DNA of 63,839 bases, filler included. It is 5 parts of 5 records of this genome, joined end to end, with 100 filler letters (N's around TTAATTAATTAA, not from the genome) between each part and the next. Parts side by side here need not be neighbours in the genome. Positions count along the whole stretch, not along the records: positions 6,205 to 17,205 come from SRR2962707_3456; positions 17,306 to 29,503 come from SRR2962707_3458; 3 more parts are not named here. One strand, given 5' to 3'. The translations under genes were made by a program, and so were the position numbers. The notes beneath the pieces were generated by a model. That model ran no database searches. It was given only the letters and a program-made list of their open reading frames with translations, and was not told the DNA's origin. This document shows positions 12,401-26,400 of this stretch, in pieces. How positions within the stretch are numbered: the stretch's first letter is position 1; each line of letters starts with the position of its first letter.

Positions 12401-15169
12401 GGCAGCGGACGATGGGGTTCAGCTTGACATGGATGATCCTGATACCATGGTGCCGAGCGATGAGCATGACGCGCTCCAGCGTATTCGGTACTGGCTATGG
12501 GACGTGTCTCAAGAGGGTGGGATCAACACTGGCGCCATCGTGAGTGCCTTCTTGACTGACGGTCGTATGCTTGAGAGATTTACTTTCGTCACTCTTGTGG
12601 TGAGTTGTGGTTCGTACTTGTTGGTACTCATCGAGTGAACGCCGCTGTGTGCTGTCATCGTTCAGGGGTCATCGTCAAAATTAAGACGTGGCGGTCCACA
12701 ACACAGTTACGCGGGGGGAGTAGCGGAGGCTCGTTCGCTGGAGATGGTGCGGCTCAAACGGCAGCAGCCAGCACGCCTTCCGCAGTTGCGTGATTCTTTC
12801 CAGCATGCCGATACCAATAACACTGGCCGCCTCACGCGAGTTGCTTTCCGCAGAGCTCTGAGTGCTGCCGGGGCCCCAGTGGCTGATAAGGCCTGGCCAC
12901 TTTTGCTTGATGCAGCCGTTGCGAGGTCTGCCGAACAGCAGCAGGGGCGGCTACGCGAACAGCAGCGCCAGGTTGAGCGAGAGTTTGGTCACATGCAGCA
13001 ACAGTTGCTGGCATCACAACCACAGCGTCGTGCTTCGCAATTAGCAGGGGGCTCGCAAGGTCAGCGGCAAAACTTCGATGGATACATCGATTATGAATTA
13101 TTTATTCGAACACTTTTGGCAGGGGATCGTGGACAAGGGCGTAGTGGAGGGCGCTCAATGACAATGATCCGAACTCGGATTTTAAACGCTGTGTAAGATC
13201 CGTGCATGCTTGAATGTCCCCTGTCAACCGTCCAATTTGATTTGGTGTTTCGGTGAATACAATTGTTTTTTGTGCTCGATAGTTATGTTCGTCTTCGAAA
13301 TTTGGTTGGAAACGGCCGGCATGGAATCGAGCATCTCTTCTGTAGCTTTGATGTTGGCGCACGGGCTGCGATTCCGGACGGAGAAGGCCGAGCACGTTTC
13401 ATCTCCAAAGGCGACTTTGCAGAGGCGCTGGACCTGCTAGTGCACAGACCGAATTTAGAGGTATGTGAATCAGAATCGCAATCGCGAAAAGAGATGCTGT
13501 GGCACAGTTGGCAACATTCATGGTGGTCTTTTGCATGCCTGACCACCTCCCACAGATTCATGAGCGTCGGCAAGTTGTTGATGCTTTTGCGGACATCGTT
13601 GACCCTCGGTGGATCAACGTCGATTCCTTCATTGAGTCGTTTGCCACTGTCAATACTTTTGACGTGGACGAAATCTTTGTGCGCGCTGCTACTGAACGAC
13701 AATCACGGGTTTTGCAGCTGAGTCGGCAGCTGCAGGCTGGAACCCGCACCCCGTTTGGCCGTGATCACCGAAGGGGAGGCAGTGCACAGCAACCCTATCT
13801 CGAAGAACCGTTGTGGTTATCGTATGCGGATATCGCAGCCGTTTTCGAGGAAGCTGGTGTTGATCCGTACGTGTCCGTGTTGAGTTCGTACGTTTGCTTT
13901 GATCGAGCTGTTTATTTCACAAACTTTGTGATTTGGCAACGTGCAGGTATAATACTGGGTGCATTTCTGAGTTTCAGTTTCGAGGCATTCTAGAAGCGAA
14001 GGGGACTGGCACGAGGGTCGCGGGCGTTGCACCGGTCGGCCTAAACCTAGGTCTCCAGCCTTGGGAAATGGGTGCTGTTTGCGAGTATTTTAGTATCTCC
14101 CAAGCCCATCGGACCAGTCAAGGAGCGAAGAATGGCTTTGGAGGAGCTGGTTCTGTCGGAAACGGTGGAGGAGCTGCGCGCGATATTTACTACAACGAAT
14201 TTGCGAAGGCGTTTGCGGCTGCGACCGGTCACTTGGTGCGAAATTTACCTGGGAACCGTGGACCGTCGAATGGTAGGTTTCGGAATGGCGTTGAAACAAG
14301 CGCTTCCCTTTCAGATGCCTTCCGTGGAAAGCGTCGCGATTTGCGTGTGGACACGTCTCCAAAACGCGATGGTCCTCCACGAACACTTGGAAATGTGGCG
14401 GAAGACATGAGCCGGCAACGACAGTCTTGGGATGCGACGGGGATGTGCGTTCTGCTTGTCAGCGTGTCAATGATAGTCGGACGCGGGGTTGAGTGCTCGG
14501 CCTGGCCGCGTCGTGGTTGACTCCAAACGCAAGAAAACCAATGGTTGTGGAATCTTACAATTGCTACTGCTTTGCTGCGGCAGGTATGGGCATCAAACCG
14601 ATGAGCGTGGACTTGCAGACCATGATGTTGCCAGAAACCGGACCCTGGGAGACGTGCAATTTGACCGTGATCTCATGCACCGCATCCAAGGAGCGCAGCC
14701 GCATCCACATCGTCTGCAGCAGCGCTTCCAGCGGGAGCAGCGGCACCATCACCACCCAAATTTGTATGATCCATACGGACGAGGAGAGGGTGCTGTGCAG
14801 CGGATGCCTGCCACAGGGCGGCCCCGCTTAGCGCAACACCAGGGTGGGCGCCCAGTCATGGAAGTTTCCGAGCCCTTGCATCACAATGACCTTGCGTACA
14901 GATCAGAGCAGGACGTTATCGAGGCGAAGATGGAACGCTTGCAACAACGACATCGCCGCGGTGACGGAAATTATCCTGCAGAGCGAACTCGAATGACGAA
15001 CGACGGCAGAGTGCCGGAGGCAAAGGTCGTTGTCTTGTCCAGTGGGAGACGGCACGCCGGAAGTCAAAGTGCGAGGAGCTCGAATCGAGGACGGGTGCTT
15101 GCGCGTCCGAAGACCAGTCGACACAGTTCCACTGGTCAACGCCGGCATCGACATCAAAGTCGACGATGA
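6416..15169 (+). CDS. Large multi-exon EF-hand / MABP-like / C2-domain protein (11 exons, ~2550 aa; 5' end uncertain)
   Basis: Exons 6416-8101, 8248-8672, 8778-9087, 9218-10303, 10405-11831, 11921-12539, 12666-13192, 13283-13460, 13556-13866, 13947-14444 and 14584-15169; all introns are GT-AG and phases match (7653 nt total). EF-hand-like loops: DPKQDGFVTPQQF, DKKNTGHIGACDF, DYSKTGCVDY, DRTGSGIMSERVF, DTNNTGRLTRVAF, DPYNTGCISEFQF. MABP-like segment PIADVSI...VPVDLNRK...VYLWVKR; C2-like segment GRLEITILSAQGL...VFVRAWV. Some junctions have alternatives. Confidence 0.72.
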
Positions 15170-15419
15170 ATTGTGAGGTTGCTTTTTATAGTTAAAAAAA
15201 AAAGGATAGCAAATTTCGACGCACCACCAACATGAGCCAAAACCCTTGTTGGTGTGTTCACAACACACGAACAGACGCTCTATTTCGGGTTTTTGCTGCT
15301 TCAAAAAAAGCGCAAGAAAGTCATGCTTATTACCACCCACACACCGTGGCAAATCGGCACGCAGACAGGATTGACGTGCACGGAAGGGAGAGGCTTTCGG
15401 CGAAGCTCTTCATCTCTTC

Positions 15420-17159
15420 CTATTTTGATCGAATTCGCAACAACGCTGCTTGCGTTGATTTTCTGCGAGCGGCTTCTTGGGCGCGGTGAAGGTCGACTAC
15501 GACCCCATGCCGCTTTTCGTAAGCGTCGATAAGGTCTTCAAAATATCTATCGTGCAGATCGACCGGTAGACCCGACACCACAAGTCAGTATAGAATCAGT
15601 GAGGTTGGGTAAAGCCAAAACAAAAAAGTAATTCAAAAGCGAGGTGATCGTGAGAGATGAGCGCGGGAGATGAGTGTCAACTAGCACAACTCATCACTCA
15701 CGGATTCTGTTTCTTGTTTGCTTGCATAGCGTAGCGGCTCACTCGCACTAGCAGCGAGTAGTTTGGATTGGGGCCGAAACGCTTGATCAAGGTCTTGTCA
15801 ATTTTCTTGGACATTCCAAAGTCAATAAGGTAGCTGAACACGCACGGATGGGGAAGCAAACAGCCGAAATAAATGAGCTTGGATATTCTCCCATTGTTGC
15901 TCACATACCGGGGAGTGCAGCAGGCTGGTGCAAAAAACATCCAAGCATCAGACTCACAAGCGGCCGTCGGAGTCGTCGATCATCATATTACGTGCGATAT
16001 TGCTGTCATTGTGAAAGATGTTGCCCTCTTCTCCAAGTGTGTCGAACAAGCCGATGATTTGCGATTGCTGATCACTGGTGAGCTTTCCATTCTGGTCCTT
16101 CAAAACCTGCAATAGCGTGCGATCGAGGGCCTTCATTGCAAAGCATCGGTGCTTTGCGTCGATGCTCCAAGTTGACACAATCGGGGGAGCCACCCCAATG
16201 GCTGCAATGGTGCGCTGCATTTCCATCTCGTTTCGGATAAACGAGATCGACTTGTGCTTTTTAAAGACTTTCATTGCTGCCAGCGAGCCCTTCTTACGCG
16301 ATACCCCACCACCGAGGGTGGCGGACGTTTTGACACGGCACAGAAACGTCTGTCCGTCCTTGCCCTCCGTTCCCAGGGTGCGCAAAAACTCAAAGTCTCT
16401 GCGGACATCGTTGTGCACACCGTGTAGTCTCGACAAATCGAGCTCTTTGTTAGCAACCTCCTCGTCATCACTCTCGTCGTCACCGCTGGAAAGTTCCACC
16501 ACACCATCGTCATTAGTGGGGCGTGGCTTTGAAATTCGGCTTCGCTTGCGTGCACCACCAGCCACACTGGCGGCACGTGACTTTTGCCGCGACTGCGCCG
16601 GAACACCCAGCATGGCAGTAACCGTGGCTTGCAAAGCAAAATCGGAAGACACCGGAGCTGCCGCTGGCACTGCTGCTGAGCGAACCGCCTTTTTCTTGGC
16701 AGCTTGCGGAGTGTCTGCGTCTGCGCTTCGCGATGGAGCTTGCCGCCGAGATCGGAGGATCCGCGATCGTTCCCGCGCAGGAGCAGGAGAAGGAGCAGGA
16801 GCAGCACGGATTCGCTTGCGCGACGGACGAGCTCTGGCGCCGGTCTCGACCTCACCGTCGTCAACGCGGCGAGCCGTTGCGACGTCGTCACTATTTTCTG
16901 CAACGCGGTCTCGCAAGATTTTGGCATCTGCTTCAAGTGCATCCATGTCCCATGTTTCTTTGCCGTCTCCAACAAAGTCTCGGAAGTAGTCGGCCTTTTT
17001 GGTGGTGTGGACGACGCCCGCGCTTTTCTTGCTGTTGAGCTGCTTGTACAGCTTGTTGATTTCTTTGAACAGCCGAGCCGCTCGCCGAGACTTGCCGTCG
17101 TTGTCTGCGTCTTTGTTAGCCGTTGCCAGACGCGCACTTCTCCGTGTCAAACGTGGCAT
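15420..17159 (-). CDS. Atypical Ser/Thr protein kinase with basic low-complexity N-terminus (3 exons, ~486 aa)
   Basis: Exons 17159-15958, 15833-15702 and 15546-15420, both introns with GTGAGT donors (1461 nt, in frame). Motifs: LGTEGKDGQTF (Gly loop), AAMKVF (Lys), RNEMEMQ (alphaC Glu), IFHNDSNIARN (catalytic loop), and FYLIDFGMSK formed across the splice. Confidence 0.85.
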
Positions 17160-17205
17160 GATCAGACAAGCAGAAAGCAGCAGCAGCAACAACAACAATA
17201 ACAAC

Positions 17206-17305
17206 NNNNNNNNNNNNNNNNNNNNNNNNNNNNNNNNNNNNNNNNNNNNTTAATTAATTAANNNNNNNNNNNNNNNNNNNNNNNNNNNNNNNNNNNNNNN
17301 NNNNN
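17206..17305. other. Artificial contig-joining linker
   Basis: 44 N + TTAATTAATTAA + 44 N; preceded by a (CAG/CAA)n microsatellite at the contig end. Confidence 0.98.
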
Positions 17306-17458
17306 ATGCACTTTGAGGCGGTGTATACAATTTCGCTATTATCTATTAACTAAACAATTAATTCCGAATCTTGACGTCGCTTTGATGATCCAGGCACCAA
17401 AATATAACGATGACAGAACAATCAGGAGCTCGATCATTGACAGATTGCTGGCACACCG

Positions 17459-20400
17459 TTATTTCCGACCGTAGTCCGTGCGAAATAGTGGGCCGGAGGG
17501 AGCCCCAAGCACGTCGACGTCCAGAGCCAGATTCAAACCGGATGTACCGGTCGTTGACGACGACGATGAGCTGCCTGCAACGACGACATCAAAAGGGTTT
17601 TCTCCCTGCAAAGCGGACGATGAACTGCTGCCTCTGCCTGCACGAGACGACGTTGAAACACTTGCGGACGGGGAAGTGCCAATCAAAGCTCCGAACGGAT
17701 TGTCGTCTTCCTGCCGAGACGACACGGATGCTCGAGACGAATCAGCTGACGCGGCAACAGCAGCTCGGGCTGCTTGAGCTCGAGCTGCGCGTGCAGCGTC
17801 TGCGCTTCTCGCAGCCATCAAGGCTTGCATTTTTCGCATCTTCTCTCTTGATGCAGCTGCTGCAGCTAGTGCAGCATTGGCCGCTGCTGCTTTTGCAGCC
17901 GCTCGCTTAGCTGCAGCAGCGTCTAACGCCCTTTTGCGCTTGTAATTTGCGAGAGCGGCAGCTTCTGCCGCTTTCTGCTGCTTGGCAGTTTGTTGTTTGG
18001 TCTTCGTGGGCTGCCTCCATGCAAATCCTGCACTGGCAGTCGTCGCCACTTTGTGCTGGTGAAGCGATGCTGCCGAGTGGTGCTTCTGGTTACCCTTTTT
18101 TTTTGCAGCCTTTTCAGAGGCCACAGCGGCTCTCATAGCATCGAGACTCGGGACACCATTGCCCATGCGCCCTCCAATGCCGCGGGGTTGGGATGAAGCG
18201 CGGGCGTTCTGTGCCATGCCATACCCAGATGGCAATCCTCTGTGAATACCCGCACCTCGAGCTGCTGCTGGTGTTGCTGCTGCAGACGTTCCAGCACCAG
18301 CAGTGGCGCCCATCGTGCTTCCCTTGGGAGATGCAGCAGCACTGAACCCGCTGGTGTGACGGTGCGCCGACGAGGCCCGTGTCCCAGCCATATTTGCATG
18401 TGCGGAAGGCACCATTGGCCCTCGCCGGGCACGGTGCCACTCAGCAATGTCGCTCGGGTCCGCGACCGTCTTGTTCATGGCCTTGGCAACGGGGCCGGAC
18501 TCTGCATCTGACAAGTGAGTCGGCTTCAAACGCATAGCCGGGGCGATTCCGGTTGGCAACGGCAAATCCAGACTCAAGTGTGCGGAGGTGGTTCGCCTCA
18601 CGACATCCATGGCGCTTGCACGTTGCTCAGTATCCGCGAACAGACGGTTGTTCGTTTCAGCAACCGGATCAACCAATAATGCGGCTTGCGTAACTCGAGC
18701 CGTTGCGTCCCCCAAATATGAAGTTTGTGATCGTTTTGCCGACAGTTGGGGTGGAGCCCTGTCCACCACCGTGCGGGCGCTGCTTGATTGCCGTCCTCCA
18801 ACAATCCCCGCCCAAGCAGGCAATGGCACAAAACTTGACGCGCCGCGAGTCATGAGGGCCTGACGATAGTTGAGAACCAGACGGGCATCACCAAGTCTAG
18901 TTGGATTGGCGACTCGCAATGCCGTCATGCGTCGCTCGCAATTGCGTGGCGTTCGGTGTACAGTCGTGCCAACCCACCTAGGGAAACCAATAAAAAATAG
19001 AACACAGTCCAGTGATTTAGCGTCCATGCGACAAGAGCTGCACACGCGCATCGCTCGATACAACGCCCCGCCCGCCCGCCCGCCCGCCCACCCGTGTACG
19101 CGCAGACGATTGAAGCATACCAGTTGCCAAGAGCTTTTGCCATCAAAGAATAATTGGGTCCTTGCCAAACATAAACGAATACAAGCATGGTATCTTCCCA
19201 ATCTTGCCAGAGCGGCTGTGAAAACCGAAGTGGAGGGTCTCGCTGAGTGGCCCATGTTCCGCGGCCACCTTGAGCATACGGTGCAATGGCCCCCAATGCC
19301 GCAGCCGTAGCATCGAGGCTCGCAGACTTAGCATTGCTGCCCTTGCCCCTGCCGCTTTTAGAGCTTGACGACGAACCGGCAGCGCTCGAGCGGGGAACTT
19401 TGGCGTCGGTTCCATATTCTGGTGGTGCGCGATTCGGCAAGAAAAATTGTGCCACCGATTGAGGCGAGGTGAAACCTTCACCGTGGATCCCGGTACTCCC
19501 GGTCGCAAGACCTGGCATAGGGCGGTGAATTTGAGAGCGAGAAACGAACCTATGATACCACCATCAGGCAAGAGCGCATGTGATCAGTTGATGAGCGGGA
19601 TAATGCGATAGCGCACGGAACGAGAGTAGCATACAACGACAGTGGCCGGCGTTTGCCAAGACGATGAATTCGTGTCTCCAAAACAAGCATGCGCAGAAAC
19701 GTCAAAATCACACCTGCGGGCTTCACGGCACACGTCGTCAAACAGGGACGCAGGTCCATAGTGGGTAGACGAACCCTTGCCCGTTTTCGCAGTCGAACTC
19801 GACGTGTTCGAAGCATGCACGATTTGGAACGAGTCGCGGAAATCAACAGGCACGATAGCGCCACCCTTTCCTGCATCATTTGAGTTGGTCTTGACGACGG
19901 CAGGCGCAACAAAGGCATTGTCGCTTCGGCTTGCGCCAGGGCCAAGCGCAACACCGCCAAGGTTGACGCTGGGAGCGACACCAAACGACTGCCCTCGACT
20001 TGGAGCAGCATGCAAATCGCCAGCCGCCACCGCTGCAGCGTTCTTGCGTAGCTGGGCTTTCAGGCTGTGGCTGGTTTGACGACGTATCCCCGTAGCGACG
20101 TGTTGTCGAGCAATGACCACCCCTGATGCAGGCAGCACTTCATCTCCGTGTCCTTGCAAGTCATGCGACGATGCACTAGCCGATGCAGAAGTGCCACTCG
20201 GGCATCGAACACCGTAAATGCGGCCCAATAAGGCGTGGCGACGATCGGCTCGTGAAAGTCTCCGTGGCGGTGCTGCTGGAATATCAGTGCGACGCTGCTC
20301 AGAGTTGGACACAGCTAACGATTCAGGCTCAGAGAACGGCACATCTTCTGCGAGAAGCACAGGTGGCGGTCCGTAAACTAGAGGCAACGACTGCACCAAT

Positions 20401-23400
20401 TGCCGACTCGCAACTTCCGCAGCATGCAACGCTTGGTGGTACGCCACGCGCATCCGCTTGCCGAAGGGGGTGCAAAAAAAGTCACTGTGCGACAGACGTC
20501 GGGACACGACAGGATCAGCTTTACGCCGAGGCGAGGCCGCAGGAAGGGCCGAGTCTGATGATGGCAGCTTTGCACGCAAGCGTGCAGGACCAGCTTCAAG
20601 GTCAAGACGCTGCTGCGAAGACGGGAGACCGAACACTGGGTGAAAAGGGACACCACCAGGGCCAGCTGTCGGGCCTATTGTCTCACCTGGAGAAAGTTCC
20701 TCGTCAGCAGGACCACTCCCGCCATCTGAGGAACAGGCAACAAATCCATCGTAGAACAGAGACTGCTTCCCTGCTCCCACTACTTCTTTCGCAGCTGGTA
20801 AGGAACACGCCAAAATCCATGGAAACTTGTGAATTTCCCTGTCGAGTCGACGTGAGCTATTGCTGTGTGCCGTCACAGGTGCCTCGGCCTCGTCGCCCTC
20901 CTGCTGCTCCCATGACACTTGCTTCTCGGATGAATGCCTAGGCGAGTGGGTACTGTGCAGCGAACCTTTCGCGCCTGCATTCGATACGAGGGATGAGAGA
21001 TGCTGTGCTGACCGGTGAAGACCCTTCAAGCTGGTGCGATTCACGTGTGGGTCAAAGACGCACAACAGCCCGACTAGCAGACTTTCCCGCTGTGCGTCAC
21101 TGGCCTTCTGTGGCAAAGGGTTGTTTGAGGCAGCTAGGTTGAAGTAGGACGGAGGCATCCTCAACAATGAGCTTGCGTGCAGAACAGGTTGCATTGCCAC
21201 GGGTGGGTCCGCTCCAGTCGCCGTAGTTCCATCGTTGCTTTCAGCTGAATCACGGGGCGACCGGGCGATATCACCTCGCTTCTGCACACGAACGGGTAAT
21301 TCCTCCAGTGTGCACCACTGCTTTACGAAAGAGGCATAGGACAAAACATTCGGCGAATGGCTCTCCTCTTGCCGAGGTGGGATACTGTTGGGACCACCGC
21401 CGCCACCGCTGCTGCCAATTAAACTTTGTCTTTGAACGCTACGCACGGACGGCCCACTAAGTGACTCGCGGGACATGAACATACTGTAGAACCCGATTTT
21501 GGAAGAAACCACGTTCTCTACGTCTTCGCGAAGGTCACTGCTTCCCTCAGCCATGGTGTCGGTCTCTTGCCGATGCCGCTGTCGATGTGATGCGCGATGT
21601 ACAACTAGCGATCGCAACCAAGCAATTTTGCTGAGCAGGCGATGCACATCCTGGGCAGTCGAGACGGTTCGTTCTAAAAACAACACGCTGTCGAAGGAGT
21701 CTGCAATTAGTCCCAAGCTGGTAATTGGGGCTTGAGAATGCACAAGTAACGCCGGCAATTTACGTCGGACGCGCTGCGGCGCCCGGCGATGGCGGTGCAA
21801 CTGTGGGTTGGCCAACCTGCGCGGGTCTGGCCGCAAGCGCTTGCTGTGCTGATCCGCGCCGTCCGTGGAACGGGTACCATCGCGGTCAGACGAATCGGTA
21901 AAATCGCTAACAACGCTGAGACTGTCGGCACTGGCATCGTCATCTTCATCTCGACTATCAACACTGATGCCGTCCTCTTCGTCGTTTTCCATTTCGTCAT
22001 CGTCCCGCAACCCGAACTGGGAGAGCTTTGGCCGCTTTGTTGTGGTCGTTTTAGACCACGGCTGCGTGGCCGTGGCAGTCAACACAGATGCAGCAATGCC
22101 CCGGGCACCACGGCCAGTGATTCTACCTCCCACCCCAACTTTGACCGCTGGAAACCTGTGAGTTACCAAGAATTCGTAGGCCGCGTCCAACACAGCGGTG
22201 CTGTGCGCGACCACAATACACGATGCGTGCGCTGTCCCCTGGGAGCGACGTTGTCTTGCAAGCGTCTGCAGCTGGGCCAGCATGGTCCTGAACTTCCCAG
22301 ATGAGATGCTTAGGCGCTGCTCCCATACACTCCTGAACAATCATTGTGTGCATAGTACAGAACAATCAGGGTTCGAACTTTCAGACCAAAAATGTCTAAC
22401 AAGTGGGCGGGGCGTTTCGTCATAAGCAACAGTCAACGACACGTGGAACACGCAAGTGCGTGAAAGCTTCACACTGACGTACCATGCTCGCGTTGTCAGT
22501 GGCCGAGGAGTTAGCGCCTTCAGGATCCACGGGTTGGTGGCTGCGGCAGCGCCCGAATCGACACTTCGGCAAAACGCGACCACTCTTGGCATAGCAAGCG
22601 GGCATTTGAGTTGCTGCCCATCGCCAGTGATTCGGCGGTACTCAATCAATGTGGACCTTGCCTTGAGCATCTCCGACCGAAATTCTACCGCGAACGTGCC
22701 AATGATATCTTCTGGGGATGGATACGCAAACCGATACTCCGGAGAACAAAACTGTTTCTTTGACCTACCAACAACAGTGTTGGGCACTCATTGGGAACCG
22801 CACCAAATGCAAACACCATGAAAGGATTACCGCGTGGCAAGCCCACTTCAACGCACCCAAAGACTGTCGGTGCAGGGGGAGAGTCCTGTCGCGTTCGACA
22901 CGTATCCTCTTTGTGCTTCAATTCCGTTTTTGACAGGCAGCGAGACGTTTCAGCGTAAGTTATCTGCTGGCGGGACTGCAGCACACTGCGTAGTGCACGT
23001 TGAGACAAAATTAGCTCCCCTTCCCTCATGTTTTCTTTGCCAGCACACGATTCTTCGGTGCGGCTGGCCACAGTTGCAGTGGCTGTGGTCGTAATTGGGC
23101 TCGCTGCCGCGAAACGATTTGCTCCGCGCATCTGCCCGGTATGAACGCCGCCATTTGGATCTGCGTCGTGTTCATTGAGCTGGCCGGCATCGGCGCGAGC
23201 AGGGACCTCTCGAACACATGTGCCGTTCGCACGATGTAGATGAAAGCAGCGATTCAAAGGGGGAGATACTCTTTGTTGCGACAGAATACTAGATTTACCG
23301 GCTAAAGCGCGGAGGTGCTCCTGCCGAAAAAAACAAGCGCAGAAAAAGTCACACGTACAACTTGTGCACCCACCAAATGCTCAATTCAACATCAAAAACG

Positions 23401-26400
23401 AGCCGACAACAAACTTTGCAGAAGAACGGACCTCCAAAAGCTGTTTGTACTGTTGCCTGAGCGCCGCCATCTGCAGGCGCCCATCGACATCAGAGAGTGA
23501 TCCCCTGCTTTCAACGTGACTGTTGGAGGCGGGAGATGACAGTCCGTGCGTGTGACCTGCCACTTTACCCGAGCTAGAAATGGGGTGATTGTCTTCCGAA
23601 TTGTTGACTCTCTTAGCCTTGTCCAGCGTCGGAGTTGAAGCCGTTTCCGCAATTTCGCTTTGATCGTTGGTGGGCAGCAAAGTTGAATGCGAAGCGACAG
23701 ACCATGGTGTTCCCACGGGAACTGGTGAAGACTCACTGGTCCGCGTGTCTTCAGCTGCGCCAGGAGCTTCAACAAGACGTGCGACTTTGGTTGGCGGTGC
23801 AGTGCCCGTCTTTGTTGCAACGGCCGTGATGTTTGCCGCTTCCTGACTTCGCGAGAGAGAATCGCCGCAACTAGTGGTCTCGCCGTCCGCCGCGCTAGCA
23901 CCAGCCGTCGCGCTTGCACCAATTTGCTTGGGTACCCCCTCTCGGGAACGCTTGCTAGGTCCGGAATGAGTAAACAGCTCCGATTGTAGCGCAACGTTTG
24001 GACCACCCCCAAGCGGTGCTGACCCGGCCACGGGAGAGGAAGCACCAATCGACGCACAACTGCCAGCTGCAAGTTCAGCTGCTGCCTTCCGCGCAGCAAG
24101 GCGGCGCTCTCGTGAACCCATGTCGACCCCCTTTGAACGAACAGCTGGGCGCAGTTCTGCAATACTTCCGACAGGGAGCAACTGAAACCACGGCAAGTGT
24201 GGCTGGTCACCACCTGTTTTGGACGAATCGCTACAGGCTCGAACCAGGGACTCGGCACCCAACCTGCGTGCGCTGGCGCTCAATGGAATTGCACCCACCT
24301 GGCGGCTACGCAGCGACGCACGCTGCGGTACAGTGGGCGGAGGCATTACTCCTCGACGCTCCGCGTCATCTGCGTACTGAAGGGCACGAAGCACTAAGGT
24401 GTGATGGGCGTGAACGAGTGCTGCAACAACATTATCGCCATTGTCAGCAATGAGCCCGCCAAGTAGAGCGTGGAGTCGATGACCAAGAAAAGCTCGTTGA
24501 CCGTGCCTGAGCAATTGCACACGATCCCGTGTCGAGGGAGCCCGCTGCCATGGCGTACCGAAAGCCGAAGATGTCGAGGCAGACATTCCTGCCCCAAGAA
24601 CCGACTGCCCGGTGGCGCCAAACGAGGCAGCATGCTTTGAAAATGAAATCCCTTCAGGCCGCGCTGCATCGACGGTGATGCTGGGCGAACTCAGTGCACC
24701 AGACATTGAGTAGCGCAATGACTGACGGTCACCCGCTTTGATGGGAGATGTTGAAGCAACTGGCGAAGTTGCTGCTCCAACATTCGACGAACGCTGTGAA
24801 CTGAAGCGGCGACTGGCCTGTGCATTCAGTTGAGAGATGATGCTGGAAGGTGGAAGCGTCTGTGGGAGAGCCAGATGGCGCTCCCTCGAATGAACTCCCG
24901 GCAGCCCAGATGCTACAGGCATAGGGAAGCTGTTCAGTTGTGAAAAACTTGACAGGGCCGTCCCAGCACGATGGAACAAGCTCCCTGAGTCAAGTCCATC
25001 ATTGAAGACGCGGACCCCGTGAAAATTTACCACGTGGCGTCGCTTGGCAGGCACAGTAGCTGGTTGAGATGGGAAACGGCGCGTGAACAAAGGGCGCATT
25101 GTTGCGCAGGCATCGCCACGTGCATCGGCCTCGTCCATTCCCTTCCCAACGCAAAGATAGAGCTCTGGGCGGAAAGAGTAATATTCGCCAAGCTCTGCAT
25201 CCGCCAAGGCAAGATGAAAAGTGGTGCGCCTCGAATAACGGTTGCCATTGGAATGGACTGGAGAGCCTGAACTCAGCCCGAACTGCATATGCGCGCTTCC
25301 ACAAACAGGAGCTCCGGACACAGACTTCGGTTCGCGACGTGTCCGCCCGCTATGTGCAGGAAGTGTTTGGGAACCTTCGCTAGCAAGTCGCCCAGTTGTT
25401 GCTGCTCCGGGAGCTTTGCGAAAGAGCATGCGACATGCTCCCTCCGGTACGAAATCGGCTATTGCGCGCATGCATGCAGCAGACTTGACAAGCAATGACC
25501 GTCGACCACTTGGCATCACCCGGCGCAATCGTTGCGACACTGCACTTTGACGTGCTGCGTCAGCGGCCTGAACGCAAAACGACGGCACAACAGCAAAATG
25601 GACACATCTGATTGGCACAGAATGAAAAACACGGTGTCGCGGCTCCAGCGCAACTTCAGAGTGCGGCTCGCAATGCAAAGAGCGCCACGACGCACCATTT
25701 TCTCAGCAATTTCAAACGCGCGCTGCGCCGCTTGAGTGGCTGCGGCAAGCTCTTCGGCTTGTTGCTTTTTAGTTTTTCGATGTCCAATGGCTTTTCTGGG
25801 ATTGGCCCCCGGACGGCCTCTCGATTTCTTGGACATTGCATGAGCTCCATGATTTCCTGATTCAGTGGTCGCCGAAAAAGGCACCGGGGATGTTGCTGTA
25901 GACGTGGCGGTGGACTGCCCACCACTGGGATTGAGCGCCACGGATTGTGCAGTGAATTGAGGCAAGGCCGGCGAGGTGGCAACAACATTCATGCCCTGAC
26001 AGGTGGCGTGCAGAACTGTGATTGTCCGTCTCAGCTCCTGAGTAAGTGCCCGACTGCAACTATCAACACTTCCGAGGTTTTCCGCCAGGTGCCTCGGGTG
26101 CACATTTTGGAGGGCGAGCTCTGCTCGCTCCTTGGCTGCCTCAGCCTCTCGATTCGCAGTTTCTACCGCAGCACTCGCCTTAGCAGCTTCCTTTGCTTGG
26201 CGAACACCAGAAGCCCCCCGGCGTCCTTTGCCAGTGGACCCCCCACTCGCAGCAGCGCCAGCTGCCTTCGACGCTACAGCAGCAGCGGTGCGCGCCTCCG
26301 CGACGGCTTTGGCGGCGGCAAACTGACTGGCGAGCTGGCGCAGCAGCGCAGAACCATGTCGCGCCGCAATGTTGTAAGCCCGGCACTGATGGGGCTCAAG

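Noticed and set aside
16078-17137. Long overlapping ORFs (303 aa +, 288 aa -) over the kinase gene
   Set aside because: Shadow frames of GC-rich coding sequence with no motifs; the same applies to most short ORFs in contigs 1-3.
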